Shown: in pieces, positions 1-11,056 of the stretch
Numbering within the stretch: the stretch's first letter is position 1
How the letters are laid out: each line of letters opens with the position of its first letter
Assembly (NCBI GenBank): GCA_016713925.1
Contig: JADJOH010000002.1
Coordinates: 238,395-302,394, forward strand
Length of the DNA: 64,000 nucleotides
Direction: 5' to 3'
From: Bacteroidota bacterium
GTDB taxonomy: Bacteria; Bacteroidota; Bacteroidia; AKYH767-A; OLB10
The notes under the pieces: model-generated
Seen by the model: the letters and a program-made list of their open reading frames with translations, nothing else
Databases searched by the model: none
Told to the model about the DNA's origin: nothing
Position numbers and translations under genes: made by a program

Positions 1-712
1 CAGGAATAGAAAGTCCCATACCTAAGGGCTGAAAGACCGGCTCAGCTCCGGGCACCCAAATTCCGACCAATTTAGCGGAGTTACTTCCTACACCACCAAA
101 ACCATTGTAACCGGGTGCCGGATCAAGACTATCGAGAAGCAAAGTGGTATTTGCGGTATCTTGAAAAACCAACACATGGTGTACCACCTGTCGATTGCCC
201 GGCACCACTTCTACTCCCGTGATAAACTGATCAATGGTCGTATTGGAAGGTATTGCAAAACACCGGTATAAATCAGCAGTAATGGGAGGAATAGTATAGA
301 CAGGCATTCGCAACGTCAGGTCGGGGTTTTGAATCACTTCCGCATTCGTATATACCGGAGGTACCGGAGCATTACCGGGATTCCCCAATGGAGTACCGTT
401 ACTCACCCAGTCAATGATTAATTGTTTCTCCTGCGGGGTCAGATTCTTTTCATGTGCGAATGACCTGTAAGTGGGATCCGGTGGCCAGGGTGGCATTCGG
501 TTATTGATAACAGCATCGTAAATACCGGCAGCGGCTCCCGAAGCATTGGCATAATCTACCAGTGAAAAAGGCGCAATACCCGAAGGATTATGACAAGAAG
601 TACATCGGGTGTATAGGATACATGCAATATTCTCCGACCAGGTTGGAATTGTCTGTGCATTGGAGTCAATGGTTAGAATGCATATTACCAGTAACGCGTA
701 AATTTTTTTCAA
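1..712 (-). CDS. cytochrome c domain protein (CXXCH heme-binding motif), 5' part only; the C-terminus lies beyond the window start. It starts with TTG, so it is absent from the ATG-based ORF track.
   Basis: Manual translation of the minus strand from TTG (plus 710-712) gives (M)KKIYALLVICILTIDSNAQ, a signal peptide, then ...CILYTRCTSCHNPSGIAPF (C-T-S-C-H, CXXCH) and ...GVEVVPGNRQVVHHVLVF. The frame is open all the way to position 1. Confidence 0.55.
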   Translation of the reverse strand, partial: MKKIYALLVICILTIDSNAQTIPTWSENIACILYTRCTSCHNPSGIAPFSLVDYANASGAAAGIYDAVINNRMPPWPPDPTYRSFAHEKNLTPQEKQLIIDWVSNGTPLGNPGNAPVPPVYTNAEVIQNPDLTLRMPVYTIPPITADLYRCFAIPSNTTIDQFITGVEVVPGNRQVVHHVLVFQDTANTTLLLDSLDPAPGYNGFGGVGSNSAKLVGIWVPGAEPVFQPLGMGLSIP

Positions 713-822
713 GAGTTTTAATTTTTAGGTCTGTTGGACGTGAAAGATACCATTTAGTTTAATTGTTCAAATAACATCCTCTGGAAAATTTTATACTCGC
801 CACAGTAGCCGCCTTATAAAGT

Positions 823-870
823 TCTCCCTATTGTAGCCGCGTTACATGTAACGCGGCTACAATAGGGAGA
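823..870. terminator. perfect 48-bp palindrome (24-bp arms, no spacer) between the aconitase 3' end and the start of the cytochrome c gene. It is a candidate terminator or operator.
   Basis: tctccctattgtagccgcgttaca|tgtaacgcggctacaatagggaga. The reverse complement of the left arm equals the right arm exactly. Confidence 0.5.
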
Positions 871-965
871 ACAAAAGAATTTTTCTAACTCTAATACCTA
901 AATCTCTAACCATAAAAAAGCTAACAATCAACTAAAAATGCCGGTAGCCGGTAGCCGGAAGCAAA

Positions 966-3233
966 TTAAGCTCCTACCTGCGAACGGATAATATTCAATG
1001 CGCCACCTGCTTTGAACCATTCGATTTGGTTCTCATTGTAAGTATGATTCACTTTGATATCATCGCTTGTACCATTGTTATGATTTAAACGAACGGTGAG
1101 TTGCTGACCGGGTGTAAATGTGGTTAAGCCGAGAATATCGATCACATCATCTTCCAGCACTTTTGCATAGTCTTCCTTATTCGCGAAGGTGAGTGCTAAC
1201 ATTCCCTGTTTCTTCAAATTGGTTTCGTGAATACGTGCAAATGATTTCACGAGGATGGCGCGAACACCGAGATGACGCGGCTCCATAGCAGCATGCTCGC
1301 GGGAAGAACCTTCACCATAATTTTCATCACCCACAACGATGGAACCAATACCTTTCGCTTTATACTGTCGCTGAACCGCAGGTACGGCATCATAAGTTCC
1401 CGTAAGCTGATTCTTTACATTATCCGTTTTCTCATTGAAAAAGTTGAGGGCGCCGATCAGCATATTGTTGCTGATATTATCGAGATGTCCGCGATATTTC
1501 AACCAGGGACCTGCCATCGATATATGATCGGTTGTACATTTACCTTTTGCTTTAATGAGCAGCTTCAACCCTTTCAAATCGATACCTTCCCATGCCGGAA
1601 ACGGATCCAGTAATTGCAGACGATCGCTCGTCGGACTCACATCAATCTTCACCATACTTCCATCAGCTGCGGGTGCCTGAAATCCGGCATCCTCTACCGC
1701 AAAACCATTCGGTGGTAATTCGGGACCTTGGGGTTCTTTCAACTTTACTTTTTCACCCTTGTCATTGGTCAGCGTATCCGTCATCGGATTAAAAGTGAGA
1801 TCACCGGCAATAGCGAGGGCAGTCACTATCTCGGGAGATGCAACGAAGGCATGTGTATTTGGGTTACCATCGTTTCTCTTTGCAAAATTTCTGTTGAAAG
1901 AAGTGATGATCGAATTTTTACGGGTAGGATCCGTAGTATGACGCGCCCATTGACCGATACAAGGTCCGCAGGCATTGGCGAGTACAACTCCTCCCATCTT
2001 ATCAAAGGTGTTGAGAAAGCCGTCTCTCTCAATCGTAAAACGCACCAATTCAGAGCCGGGTGTAATCGTAAATTCACTCTTTGCCTTCAGTCCGCTATCC
2101 ACGGCTTGTTTAGCAAGAGAAGCGGCACGGGTAATATCCTCATAGGATGAATTGGTACAAGAACCAATCAAGCCCACTTCAAGGGTTGCCGGCCATCCGT
2201 TCTCTTTCACAGCAGCAGCCAATTTACTGAGAGGCCAGGCCAGATCAGGAGTAAAAGGTCCGTTGATATGTGGTTCAAGTTCGCTGAGGTTAATCTCGAT
2301 TACCTGATCGAAATATTTTTCAGGATTGGAATAGACTTCCTCATCACCACGCAGATGTTCACGAACGGTATCCGCCAGATCTGCTACATCTTTACGGCTG
2401 GTCCCACGCAAGTAAGAAGCCATCTTTTCATCATAGGAGAAAATAGAAGTAGTAGCACCTATTTCAGCACCCATGTTACAAATAGTACCTTTTCCGGTGC
2501 AGGAGATACTATCAGCACCCGGACCAAAATATTCTACAATGGCATCTGTTCCACCTTTCACGGTAAGAATTCCGGCTACTTTCAGGATGACATCTTTCGC
2601 AGAAGTCCATCCACTCATTTTGCCGGTCAATTTCACGCCGATGAGTTTTGGAAATTTAAGTTCCCAGGGCAACCCGGCCATCACATCACAGGCATCCGCT
2701 CCACCTACTCCAATGGCGATCATTCCAAGTCCGCCTGCATTCACGGTATGACTATCTGTACCAATCATCATTCCACCGGGAAAAGCATAATTCTCCAGAA
2801 TCACCTGATGAATAATTCCTGCACCCGGCTTCCAGAAACCGATTCCGTATTTATTAGAGACAGAAGAAAGGAAATTAAAAACTTCTTTATTCTTATCCAG
2901 CGCCTTATTCAGATCTGCTACAGCACCCGTTTCCGCCTGAATGAGGTGATCACAATGCACGGTAGAAGGAACAGCCACTTTCGGACGACCGGCCTGCATA
3001 AACTGTAGCAGCGCCATTTGAGCAGTAGCATCCTGCATCGCCACACGATCCGGATTAAAATCCACATAATGGGTACCGCGTTCGAAAGGCTTAGCCGGTA
3101 ATTGCTCTGAAAGATGCGTATAGAGGATTTTCTCTGAAAGCGTGAGCGGTTTGCCGGTCAATTTGCGGGCGGCTTCTACTTTTGCAGGGAAGGATGCGTA
3201 TACCTTCCGGATCATGTCGAGGTCGAATATCAT
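966..3233 (-). CDS. acn: aconitate hydratase (mitochondrial-type, ~755 aa)
   Basis: A 755-aa ORF with aconitase family signatures throughout (e.g. ...IVYEHCDHLIQ-like region, [20 protein letters not shown], swivel domain at the C-terminus). The length is typical of Bacteroidota aconitase. Confidence 0.93.
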   Translation of the reverse strand: MIFDLDMIRKVYASFPAKVEAARKLTGKPLTLSEKILYTHLSEQLPAKPFERGTHYVDFNPDRVAMQDATAQMALLQFMQAGRPKVAVPSTVHCDHLIQAETGAVADLNKALDKNKEVFNFLSSVSNKYGIGFWKPGAGIIHQVILENYAFPGGMMIGTDSHTVNAGGLGMIAIGVGGADACDVMAGLPWELKFPKLIGVKLTGKMSGWTSAKDVILKVAGILTVKGGTDAIVEYFGPGADSISCTGKGTICNMGAEIGATTSIFSYDEKMASYLRGTSRKDVADLADTVREHLRGDEEVYSNPEKYFDQVIEINLSELEPHINGPFTPDLAWPLSKLAAAVKENGWPATLEVGLIGSCTNSSYEDITRAASLAKQAVDSGLKAKSEFTITPGSELVRFTIERDGFLNTFDKMGGVVLANACGPCIGQWARHTTDPTRKNSIITSFNRNFAKRNDGNPNTHAFVASPEIVTALAIAGDLTFNPMTDTLTNDKGEKVKLKEPQGPELPPNGFAVEDAGFQAPAADGSMVKIDVSPTSDRLQLLDPFPAWEGIDLKGLKLLIKAKGKCTTDHISMAGPWLKYRGHLDNISNNMLIGALNFFNEKTDNVKNQLTGTYDAVPAVQRQYKAKGIGSIVVGDENYGEGSSREHAAMEPRHLGVRAILVKSFARIHETNLKKQGMLALTFANKEDYAKVLEDDVIDILGLTTFTPGQQLTVRLNHNNGTSDDIKVNHTYNENQIEWFKAGGALNIIRSQVGA

Positions 3234-3676
3234 TTGTTATGGAGTATTTTAAATTTTAATTCAGAATTCAGAATGCAGAATTCAGAATTGAAAATAGGGA
3301 TTTGACAATTGGGATTTGATTTTGGGGATTTGATAATTTAGGGCCAAAGGCCAGAGAATTCAAGTTTAGGGATAACAGTTTGATATATAATGTATTTACT
3401 TATTGATATATACCGGTAAAAGATGATCTCTTACCTTGCAAAGATAGGAAAAAACAGAGAAAAATCTGATCCAAACGTACCAATAACCTCATCAGAGAAT
3501 TGCTTAGAAAACCAGGTAAATAAAGCTTTTCCTGTCTATTATTTTCCGTGCACTGAAACCTGATGCCTCAAAACCCTTACTTTCTAAACTTAACTTTACA
3601 AAAAAGACAATGATAAATTGCGGCAATCTGATTGCATCAGACAAATGAAAACACATAACGGTTCACCCTCTAATAA

Positions 3677-5257
3677 CTATCGAACGATCAGCTTCTGAAC
3701 TGCCCGAATATCCTTCCGGGAAATGACAACATGGTAAATTCCTTTCGCAAAAGTGTGTGTGGGTAATTGAAACAAGTTGTCACCTTCTGTTACGTCCTTA
3801 TATAGCTGTAAGACGCTTCGACCACCAAGGTCAAAAATATTTATATTAATTTCTTCGGTTGAAACAGAATAAAAATTGAGGTAGGCATATTCGGCAGATG
3901 GATTGGGAAAAATACTGAAATTACCGGCATTGAAATTCACAGCAACAATTTCTGAATAGGAAAAACGCCCATCAAAATCGGTTTGCATCAATCTGTAGTA
4001 AGATACGCCCTTATAGGGATACTGATCCGGGAGTGTATAATTCAAATACCCATTTGAATTGCCGGCTCCATCCACGATCCCCACTTTTTCGAAATTCTGA
4101 CCATCAACACTTCGTTCGACAGTAAAGAAATCATTATTTTGTTCACTGGCAGTTACCCATTGACAAAGTACTTGCTTTGATTCGGAGAGCCTGGCAGTAA
4201 AAGAGAGTAACTCAATGGGCAGTGGTGAACTGTTGGCCACCAAGGTCCATAAATTATTATAGGCATTTACATTGGTAACGGTTACTGTATTTAGCGCTGT
4301 ACTGACAGTTCCCAAAGTAGGATTACTCCAGATAAACCCATCGTACTTTTGAGCACGCAATTCGGTTTCAGTGATAAGATTGGTACTTCCCCCCGTAGCG
4401 TCCCATTCCGACTCACGATACCTGAACTGAAGGGTGGAAACAGGAAGAGTCGTGAAATTCTGAGCATCCATTATCCAATAGCGATCAATTACTTTACTTG
4501 CGTTCTCCGTTCCGGAAATATCATTGAGCGAGGGTACTCCTGTTGGCAAAGGGCGATTATTCGGAACCGCGGTAACGTTAGTAGGATAAGTTGCTGCACT
4601 AATAAATCCGGAAGCACCTGCACCCGCTGTTGTTATATTTAAATCCAGGGGAATATATGCTGCAGGTGAAATTATTCCAAAAGGAACAACATAATTATTT
4701 CCGGCAGCAGTTGTGCCGATGTTCCATTGCACGATCCCATAGCCCAACGCAGGAGCTGTCTCCGATTCTATCAGACCTGTTGTTCGGGTTATTGCAAGCG
4801 GAGAAGGATTGGTGATAATGATCCTTTTAGAATTCAACTGCAAGGGCAATGCGCCCAAGGATAAAACACCTGTCGGTGCCACATTCCCTCCGCCGGCCGT
4901 GGTGTTCACCAACAAGGTCTTAATGCCTGTTCCTGCAAGTGTCAGATGATTAAACACGGTTGAAGTACTCCCGCCAATGGATTGATTCACTCCGTTGAAA
5001 ATAACAGTTCCCTGTGAAATTCCGAAGCAGTTATTCGATGAATTATTGATCCAGTTTCCACTCAGATCAATCGTGCCCGAATTAGTAATGGTGGATGTCC
5101 CCACATTTAGCACATCTCCTTTTACGGTGAGCTGTGTTGAGGCATTGATCGTAATTCCAACATTGCTATTTGTCATCAGCTGACTAAAGGCGAGTGGAGA
5201 AATCAGCAGCAATACACCAATCAGTAAAGGTCTTGGAAGGACTTGCGTTTTTTTCAT
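3677..5257 (-). CDS. secreted protein with a type A T9SS C-terminal sorting domain (Por_Secre_tail)
   Basis: N-terminal signal peptide MKKTQVLPRPLLIGVLLLISPLAFSQ. The C-terminal ~80 aa ...FPNPSAEYAYLNF...INIFDLGGRSV...FAKGIYHVVISRKDIRAVQKLIVR fit the T9SS CTD consensus. Confidence 0.8.
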   Translation of the reverse strand: MKKTQVLPRPLLIGVLLLISPLAFSQLMTNSNVGITINASTQLTVKGDVLNVGTSTITNSGTIDLSGNWINNSSNNCFGISQGTVIFNGVNQSIGGSTSTVFNHLTLAGTGIKTLLVNTTAGGGNVAPTGVLSLGALPLQLNSKRIIITNPSPLAITRTTGLIESETAPALGYGIVQWNIGTTAAGNNYVVPFGIISPAAYIPLDLNITTAGAGASGFISAATYPTNVTAVPNNRPLPTGVPSLNDISGTENASKVIDRYWIMDAQNFTTLPVSTLQFRYRESEWDATGGSTNLITETELRAQKYDGFIWSNPTLGTVSTALNTVTVTNVNAYNNLWTLVANSSPLPIELLSFTARLSESKQVLCQWVTASEQNNDFFTVERSVDGQNFEKVGIVDGAGNSNGYLNYTLPDQYPYKGVSYYRLMQTDFDGRFSYSEIVAVNFNAGNFSIFPNPSAEYAYLNFYSVSTEEININIFDLGGRSVLQLYKDVTEGDNLFQLPTHTFAKGIYHVVISRKDIRAVQKLIVR

Positions 5258-5303
5258 TGCGTATTACTATTGAACTAAGTTTAAAAGAGTCAGGTTTTCC
5301 GGA

Positions 5304-6695
5304 TTAATTTCCTACTTCATTATTTCGTCGGATAGTTTCCAGATCTTCTTCAGCAGTACGAATCACCGACTTCTTCATCTTCACCTTCTCCAACAGTTGC
5401 TTTTGCTCTTGTTCCGAATACTCCTTGCTCACTTGCAATTCTTTCTGATTTATTTTTGCAATAGCCATCCAGTTCACCGATAAATTTTGAACCTTGGTAG
5501 CGGAAGAAATAGTAAACCCCTTGCGATGAATATTCTTCACACATAAATGAATAGCATTGTTCAGAGGGGTAACAGAAACAACCGGCAGAGTGTTGCCCTG
5601 CAATGCGTTTGAAAATTCTTCATCAAACAGCACTGTTACTTCCGTTCCGGAAACAATCTCTGTTACACCAAAATCTGAAATATTCTTCATCGCACGAGTC
5701 AATTTATTCGATTTTTCATCTAACTCCTTCACTGCATTGACAAGAATATAGGTCAAAGCTCCATTATTCACATTCAGATAGGTCTCCCGTTTATTCACCT
5801 CACGGGCAATGGGAGTATATTCAAAAGATCCCACCATATAAGGGGCTGCCTTCTGTAATTCCTGAGCCAGAACACCTACATAATACGCATCCGTTGGCGT
5901 AGCTGCTTTGCCGTTATAGCTATAGTAAACCGGATTAATTTTCCCGATCGTTTCAAGCCCTTCTTTAAACGGACTAATATCCTTTTTCAAACGTTCATCC
6001 GAAACTACCGTCCATGTACTGGTCCCCGGTTTAGCTGCATCATCAAAAGCTAACTGGAAGTCATGGGTTGAATTGTTATTCAGATTGATGGAAACACCCG
6101 CCGAGTTTACACTATTGTTCAAATCAATGGTATTGGAGAAGTCTTTCAATCTTTCAATACTCCCGATCTGGGTAATTGTACCCAATGAGGAATTGTTTCT
6201 TCCTCTGTAAATAATAGTATCTCCCGTGGTATTCACGAAAATGTCAAATTGTGCGAATGGATTTACAACTCCCATGCTCACATTGCCCTTTCCTTTCACG
6301 CGCAGACGTTCCACATTTTTTGTTCTCACTATGAAGTCAACGGAATCGATATTCCCAATAAAATTAGTTGTAGCTAAGTTCCCGGTATTACCGGTCACCG
6401 ACCAACCATTAGTGGTACCCAACAACGTCTTCCAAACAACACCATCAAAGAAGAAAAACTGATCAGTCGATGTTTCATACACCATCAATCCTTCTGCTGG
6501 AGTGACAATGGCAATCCGTTGTGCGGAAGTCATTCTGGGAACGAGCAACCCTTTGTTGGTTGAAGTTAGATCAAGCAAGGCCGATGCCGCAGGAGTGGCG
6601 TTATTGATACCCACATTTTGAGCGCGCACTTGCGGTAGATTTATTACAATCATTGCTGTAAAAAGCAGAAGCTGAAATTTCATAATTGTTTTCAT
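5304..6695 (-). CDS. Bacteroidota 'tail fiber domain-containing protein' with a peptidase S74 / intramolecular-chaperone auto-processing domain
   Basis: Signal peptide. The N-terminal region GLLVPRMTSAQRIAIVTPAEGLMVYETSTDQFFFFDGVVW is typical of this family. The C-terminal segment SDERLKKDISPF...GKINPVYYSYNGKA...YVGVLAQELQKAAPYMV matches the S74 chaperone-of-endosialidase motif. Confidence 0.7.
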   Translation of the reverse strand: MKTIMKFQLLLFTAMIVINLPQVRAQNVGINNATPAASALLDLTSTNKGLLVPRMTSAQRIAIVTPAEGLMVYETSTDQFFFFDGVVWKTLLGTTNGWSVTGNTGNLATTNFIGNIDSVDFIVRTKNVERLRVKGKGNVSMGVVNPFAQFDIFVNTTGDTIIYRGRNNSSLGTITQIGSIERLKDFSNTIDLNNSVNSAGVSINLNNNSTHDFQLAFDDAAKPGTSTWTVVSDERLKKDISPFKEGLETIGKINPVYYSYNGKAATPTDAYYVGVLAQELQKAAPYMVGSFEYTPIAREVNKRETYLNVNNGALTYILVNAVKELDEKSNKLTRAMKNISDFGVTEIVSGTEVTVLFDEEFSNALQGNTLPVVSVTPLNNAIHLCVKNIHRKGFTISSATKVQNLSVNWMAIAKINQKELQVSKEYSEQEQKQLLEKVKMKKSVIRTAEEDLETIRRNNEVGN

Positions 6696-7232
6696 TTTAA
6701 ATTTTTAGAATTTTACTTTAGGCTACTATTATTTATTTAAGAATACTTCTACATGACTACAATTTAGCGTGTACTTTTAGGAATGGCAAGGGCTTTTTTG
6801 TAAGTGGCTTGTTTGAATTTGTAAATGGTGACACCAATCTATATCAGCTATTGTTTTTATACACTGTTTGATTTCAACGACTTTCGGGAACTCAAGTTAC
6901 ACTTACCTTTATGCTATCCGCTACAGCTATCCGTAAATCAGAAAGTGTTTGCACAGTAAATATTTACCCGGGCATGATTCTCCTGCCACTTATTGTACAC
7001 GTAAAGTATACATTCCTAACATCTTATTACTTTAACTGACCACTGCTTTTGATCTGACAAATATCAAAACGCAAGACGGCATAGATCAATACGTGAAAAA
7101 GCGTATATTACTATACTTCTTCTTTAAAACATGATAAAATCATCCTAAATAATATATTAAAGTGATTAAATACTAACCACCGAAAAATCAGAAACGGACC
7201 TGTTTAGATTAATAAAATTGCCATAAATTCTA

Positions 7233-8126
7233 TCACTTCATTTCCTCTTGTCCCTTTTCAGGAGCAGGAGCAGGTCTTAACTTCTCTTCAAAATTCTTTT
7301 TAATAAAATCCACTGCTTTTTTATGTGCATCTCCTGCAGCCACTTTGTCGAATTTAGGATTACTTGGATTTGCAAACGCATGGTCCGCATCGTAATTATA
7401 AACGGTCAATGATTTACCGGCTGATTTCATATCCGCCTGAAATTGGCTAACGACAGCAGGACTTATCCAGGCATCTCTTTTTGCATAAATTCCCAGCACA
7501 GGTGCTTCCAATGTGGCCAGTTTTGCGGTATCCTTTTCAGGCATTCCGTAATACACAACAGCACCATAATTTCTACTACCAGCCATCAACGCGGCTTGCA
7601 GACTCCATCCACCTCCCATACACCAGCCGATCATTTGATATTTTGAAAATTTCCCGCCATAATCCAATGCAGCCTTGATGATGCTTCTTGCCCTATCTTC
7701 TTTCAGCGATTGCATTAGTTTTCCCGCCAGATCGGGGTCCGAGGTTACTTGTTTATCGTATAAATCCAATGCCAGTACAGTAGCACCGGTCTCGAAATGC
7801 AACTGCTCTGCTTCCCTCTTGATATAGTCATTCAGGCCCCACCATTCATGGAAAACCAGGATCACCTTTCCCTCCGACTTACCGGATTTCACCTCAAAAA
7901 CCGCTGCTTCCTTACCATCTTCCGTCTTCAGACTCACCATTTTACCGACCTTAGGCTGAAAATCAAGAGGTAAAGGAGGCATATGACCTGCTATAAATTT
8001 TTCATCTCCGGCAAAAGCTTTAAATGACAAACTCGCAGTTTCTTTATTAGAGCAGCAAGTGGTTTGGGCATTAGTAATTTGGAAAGAAATCAAACTCAAC
8101 AGTATGATAAACAGAGGATAGCGCAT
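7233..8126 (-). CDS. dienelactone hydrolase family protein (secreted). The track ORF extends to 8210, but the likely start is the internal Met at 8126, which precedes a signal peptide.
   Basis: MRYPLFIILLSLISFQITNAQ signal peptide. DLH motifs HEWWGLN and GWCMGGGWSL (nucleophile Cys), plus a C-terminal His. Confidence 0.8.
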   Translation of the reverse strand: MRYPLFIILLSLISFQITNAQTTCCSNKETASLSFKAFAGDEKFIAGHMPPLPLDFQPKVGKMVSLKTEDGKEAAVFEVKSGKSEGKVILVFHEWWGLNDYIKREAEQLHFETGATVLALDLYDKQVTSDPDLAGKLMQSLKEDRARSIIKAALDYGGKFSKYQMIGWCMGGGWSLQAALMAGSRNYGAVVYYGMPEKDTAKLATLEAPVLGIYAKRDAWISPAVVSQFQADMKSAGKSLTVYNYDADHAFANPSNPKFDKVAAGDAHKKAVDFIKKNFEEKLRPAPAPEKGQEEMK

Positions 8127-8224
8127 AATGAATAGTATTTTGATTGTAAAAATAGCGAATACCGTTTCAATAACCTCAATCATAGCTTCAGTTTTCCTAT
8201 TTTCGGACACCCTTAAACACGACT

Positions 8225-8635
8225 ATGAACTACTGGCTGGTGAAGTCAGAACCCTTTAAATATTCCTGGCAGCAATTCGAGAAGGATGGTACTGCCATGT
8301 GGGATGGTGTCCGGAATTACCAGGCGCGTAATCACCTGCGAAGTATGCAGAAAGGCGATCTGGTTTTATTCTATCATAGCAATGAAGATCTGGCGGTAAT
8401 GGGAATTGCAAAGGTGACCAAAACTGCCTACCAGGATCCTACTACAGAAGATGAAAACTGGGTTGCAGTAGATTTAAAGCCTTATAAAAAATTAAAACAC
8501 CCCGTACCACTCTCAGCGATTAAAGCAGAACCCAAACTGAAAGAAATCCAAATGTTAAAACTAAACAGATTGTCAGTAGTATCGCTACGGCCGGAAGAAT
8601 TTGATCTCTTACTCGCCATGAGCGAAAAAAAATAA
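8225..8635 (+). CDS. EVE (PUA-like) domain protein
   Basis: MNYWLVKSEPFKYSWQQFEKDGTAMWDGVRNYQARNHLRSMQKGDLVLFYHS is a canonical EVE domain start. Confidence 0.85.
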   Translation: MNYWLVKSEPFKYSWQQFEKDGTAMWDGVRNYQARNHLRSMQKGDLVLFYHSNEDLAVMGIAKVTKTAYQDPTTEDENWVAVDLKPYKKLKHPVPLSAIKAEPKLKEIQMLKLNRLSVVSLRPEEFDLLLAMSEKK

Positions 8636-8711
8636 TCATTACTGAATCACCGTATCTTCTTTCTAAAAAATTTAACATTTAAACATTACTTAACCTGTTA
8701 AACATTGCACC

Positions 8712-11024
8712 TTGAAACGAACGCTACTCTATATTCCGTCATTTCTCCTGTTGCTTCTATTGCCCTTTACCATTGTTGCACAGCAAACAGGTTCAGTGCG
8801 CGGATTTCTTTATGATAAAGAAAATGGCGAGCCCGTACTCTTTACTCCCGTTTTTCTGAAGGGGACAGATTACGGCTCAATTACCGATGTCAATGGTTTT
8901 TACAGTATAACAAAAGTTCTTCCCGGGAGTTACACGCTTACCGTAAGTACTTTTGGCTACGATACGATTAACATTCCTATTCAAATTGCACCCGACCAGG
9001 TCTTGTCCAAACAGATTTATGTGACAAAAGGCATCATCAACCTTAAGTCGGTGGAGGTCTCTGCCGAAAAAGAAGCGCAGAAAACAGAAGTGCGGGCATC
9101 GGTGACCAAGATTACCCCGAAAGAAATAAAATCTGTCCCTGCCATCGGAGGAGAGCCTGACCTGGCGCAATACCTGCAGGTACTTCCCGGTGTTGTGTTC
9201 AGTGGTGATCAGGGAGGACAGCTCTATATTCGGGGCGGCACCGCCGTTATGAATAAAGTGTTATTGGATGGAATGATCGTTTATAATCCCTTTCACTCCA
9301 TCGGTTTATTCTCCGTTTTTGATACGGATATTCTGCGTAATGCTGATGTATATACCGGAGGATTTCCGGCAGATTACGGCGACCGGATTTCATCTGTGAT
9401 GGATATTACCACCAGGGATGGTAACAAGCGTCGGTTTGGCGGCAAAATCAGCGCTACAACCTTTGCCAGTAAGCTTCTCTTCGAAGGCCCTATCAAAAAA
9501 CAAAAAGATGAGGGCGGAGGAAGTAGTTCTTTCCTGCTTTCTTACAAGAACTCCTATCTCGATCAGAGTTCGAAAATTCTTTATGACTATATTGACGATG
9601 AAGGATTGCCTTTTAACTTCCAGGATTTTTACGGGAAAGTATCGATGAATGGTGAAAATGGGTCTAAGTTAAATTTCTTTGGATTTGATTTCACCGATAA
9701 TGCCGTTTTCAAAGATGTGACGGACATCAACTGGAAATCGAATGGTTTTGGTTCTAATTTCATTCTTGTACCGAAAGGTTCCAATACACTTATTGACGGA
9801 GTATTTGCTTATTCAAAATATCAAATCAAACAACAGGAAGCGAATGAAGCTCCCCGTAGCAGTGCTGTAAATGGATTCAATTTCGGTTTCAATTATACGA
9901 GTTTCATCAATAAGGATGAGTTGAAAATCGGATTAGAAGTATTGGGATTCCGAACAGAATTCACTACCAATACCGTTACCGGACTTAGCTACGAGCAGAT
10001 AGAAAATACAACAGAGTTCGGGTCCTTTTTACGCTACTGGATTTCAAGAGAGAAAATTGTAATTGAACCCAGCATACGCTTTCAATATTTTGCTTCGCTA
10101 TCGGAGTTTTCGCCCGAGCCTCGCATAGGAATCAAGTACAATGCGTTTGAAAAAGTACGATTTAAACTGGCGGGAGGGATGTATGCACAAAATTTAATCA
10201 GTGCCGTTTCCGACAGAGATGTGGTGAATTTATTTTACGGATTTCTAAGTGGTCCCGAAAGTCTCCCTGATCAATTTAACGGAAAAGAAGTCCCCACCCG
10301 TTTGCAAAAAGCCAGAGACATCATCTTTGGGGTGGAAATGGATGTCACTAAACATCTTGATATAAACATCGAAGGATTCTACAAGCAATTTGTGCAATTG
10401 TCAAATATCAATCGCGATAAAGTATATCCCGACAATGGTTTTTACTCGGACAAACCGGATTATCTCAAGAAAGATTTCATCGTGGAAGAAGGGAAATCTT
10501 ATGGTGCCGATTTCGTAGCTAAATATGAATTAAAACGCATCTATTTATGGGCAGTATATTCGCTCACCTTTGTAGAGCGCTATGATGGAATTCGAACCTA
10601 TCGACCTCACTTCGACCGTCGGCATAATATCAATCTCGTGGGTTCCTATACATTTGGGAAAAAGCTGGATTGGGAATTTAATGTAAGATGGAACTATGGA
10701 TCCGGATTTCCGTTCAGTGGTACCGGAGGATTTTACGAGTATCAGAATTTTGAAGACGGCTTGTACACGGACCCATTGGCCGAGAATGGTGATTTGGGAA
10801 TCGTTTATGGTCCGCTCAATGAAAAACGCCTCCCCTCCTATCATCGCCTTGATTTTAGTCTGAAAAAATCCATTGTGCTCGGTAAAAACTCCAATATGGA
10901 AATAACGGCCAGTGCGATAAACATCTATGATCGCGAAAATATTTTCTATTTTGACAGAGTCAGGTATCAACGTGTCAACCAATTGCCCTTCCTTCCCTCC
11001 TTCGGCGTGAACATGACATTTTGA
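8712..11024 (+). CDS. TonB-dependent outer-membrane receptor with an N-terminal carboxypeptidase-regulatory-like domain
   Basis: Signal peptide. The CarbopepD_reg-like N-terminus (GSVRGFLYDKENGEPV...YTLTVSTFGYDT) is followed by a plug domain and then a beta-barrel ending in an aromatic residue (...GVNMTF). Confidence 0.8.
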   Translation: MKRTLLYIPSFLLLLLLPFTIVAQQTGSVRGFLYDKENGEPVLFTPVFLKGTDYGSITDVNGFYSITKVLPGSYTLTVSTFGYDTINIPIQIAPDQVLSKQIYVTKGIINLKSVEVSAEKEAQKTEVRASVTKITPKEIKSVPAIGGEPDLAQYLQVLPGVVFSGDQGGQLYIRGGTAVMNKVLLDGMIVYNPFHSIGLFSVFDTDILRNADVYTGGFPADYGDRISSVMDITTRDGNKRRFGGKISATTFASKLLFEGPIKKQKDEGGGSSSFLLSYKNSYLDQSSKILYDYIDDEGLPFNFQDFYGKVSMNGENGSKLNFFGFDFTDNAVFKDVTDINWKSNGFGSNFILVPKGSNTLIDGVFAYSKYQIKQQEANEAPRSSAVNGFNFGFNYTSFINKDELKIGLEVLGFRTEFTTNTVTGLSYEQIENTTEFGSFLRYWISREKIVIEPSIRFQYFASLSEFSPEPRIGIKYNAFEKVRFKLAGGMYAQNLISAVSDRDVVNLFYGFLSGPESLPDQFNGKEVPTRLQKARDIIFGVEMDVTKHLDINIEGFYKQFVQLSNINRDKVYPDNGFYSDKPDYLKKDFIVEEGKSYGADFVAKYELKRIYLWAVYSLTFVERYDGIRTYRPHFDRRHNINLVGSYTFGKKLDWEFNVRWNYGSGFPFSGTGGFYEYQNFEDGLYTDPLAENGDLGIVYGPLNEKRLPSYHRLDFSLKKSIVLGKNSNMEITASAINIYDRENIFYFDRVRYQRVNQLPFLPSFGVNMTF

Positions 11025-11056
11025 AATCAAAACGCTTTCATTAATTTTATCGATTC

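Noticed and set aside
562-762. 66-aa plus-strand ORF
   Set aside because: It lies antisense within the TTG-initiated cytochrome c gene (1..712, minus). It has no homology and no upstream expression signals.
8127-8210. N-terminal extension of the dienelactone hydrolase ORF (MSENRKTEAMIEVIETVFAIFTIKILFI)
   Set aside because: The internal Met at 8126 is followed by a canonical signal peptide. The extension is probably not translated.
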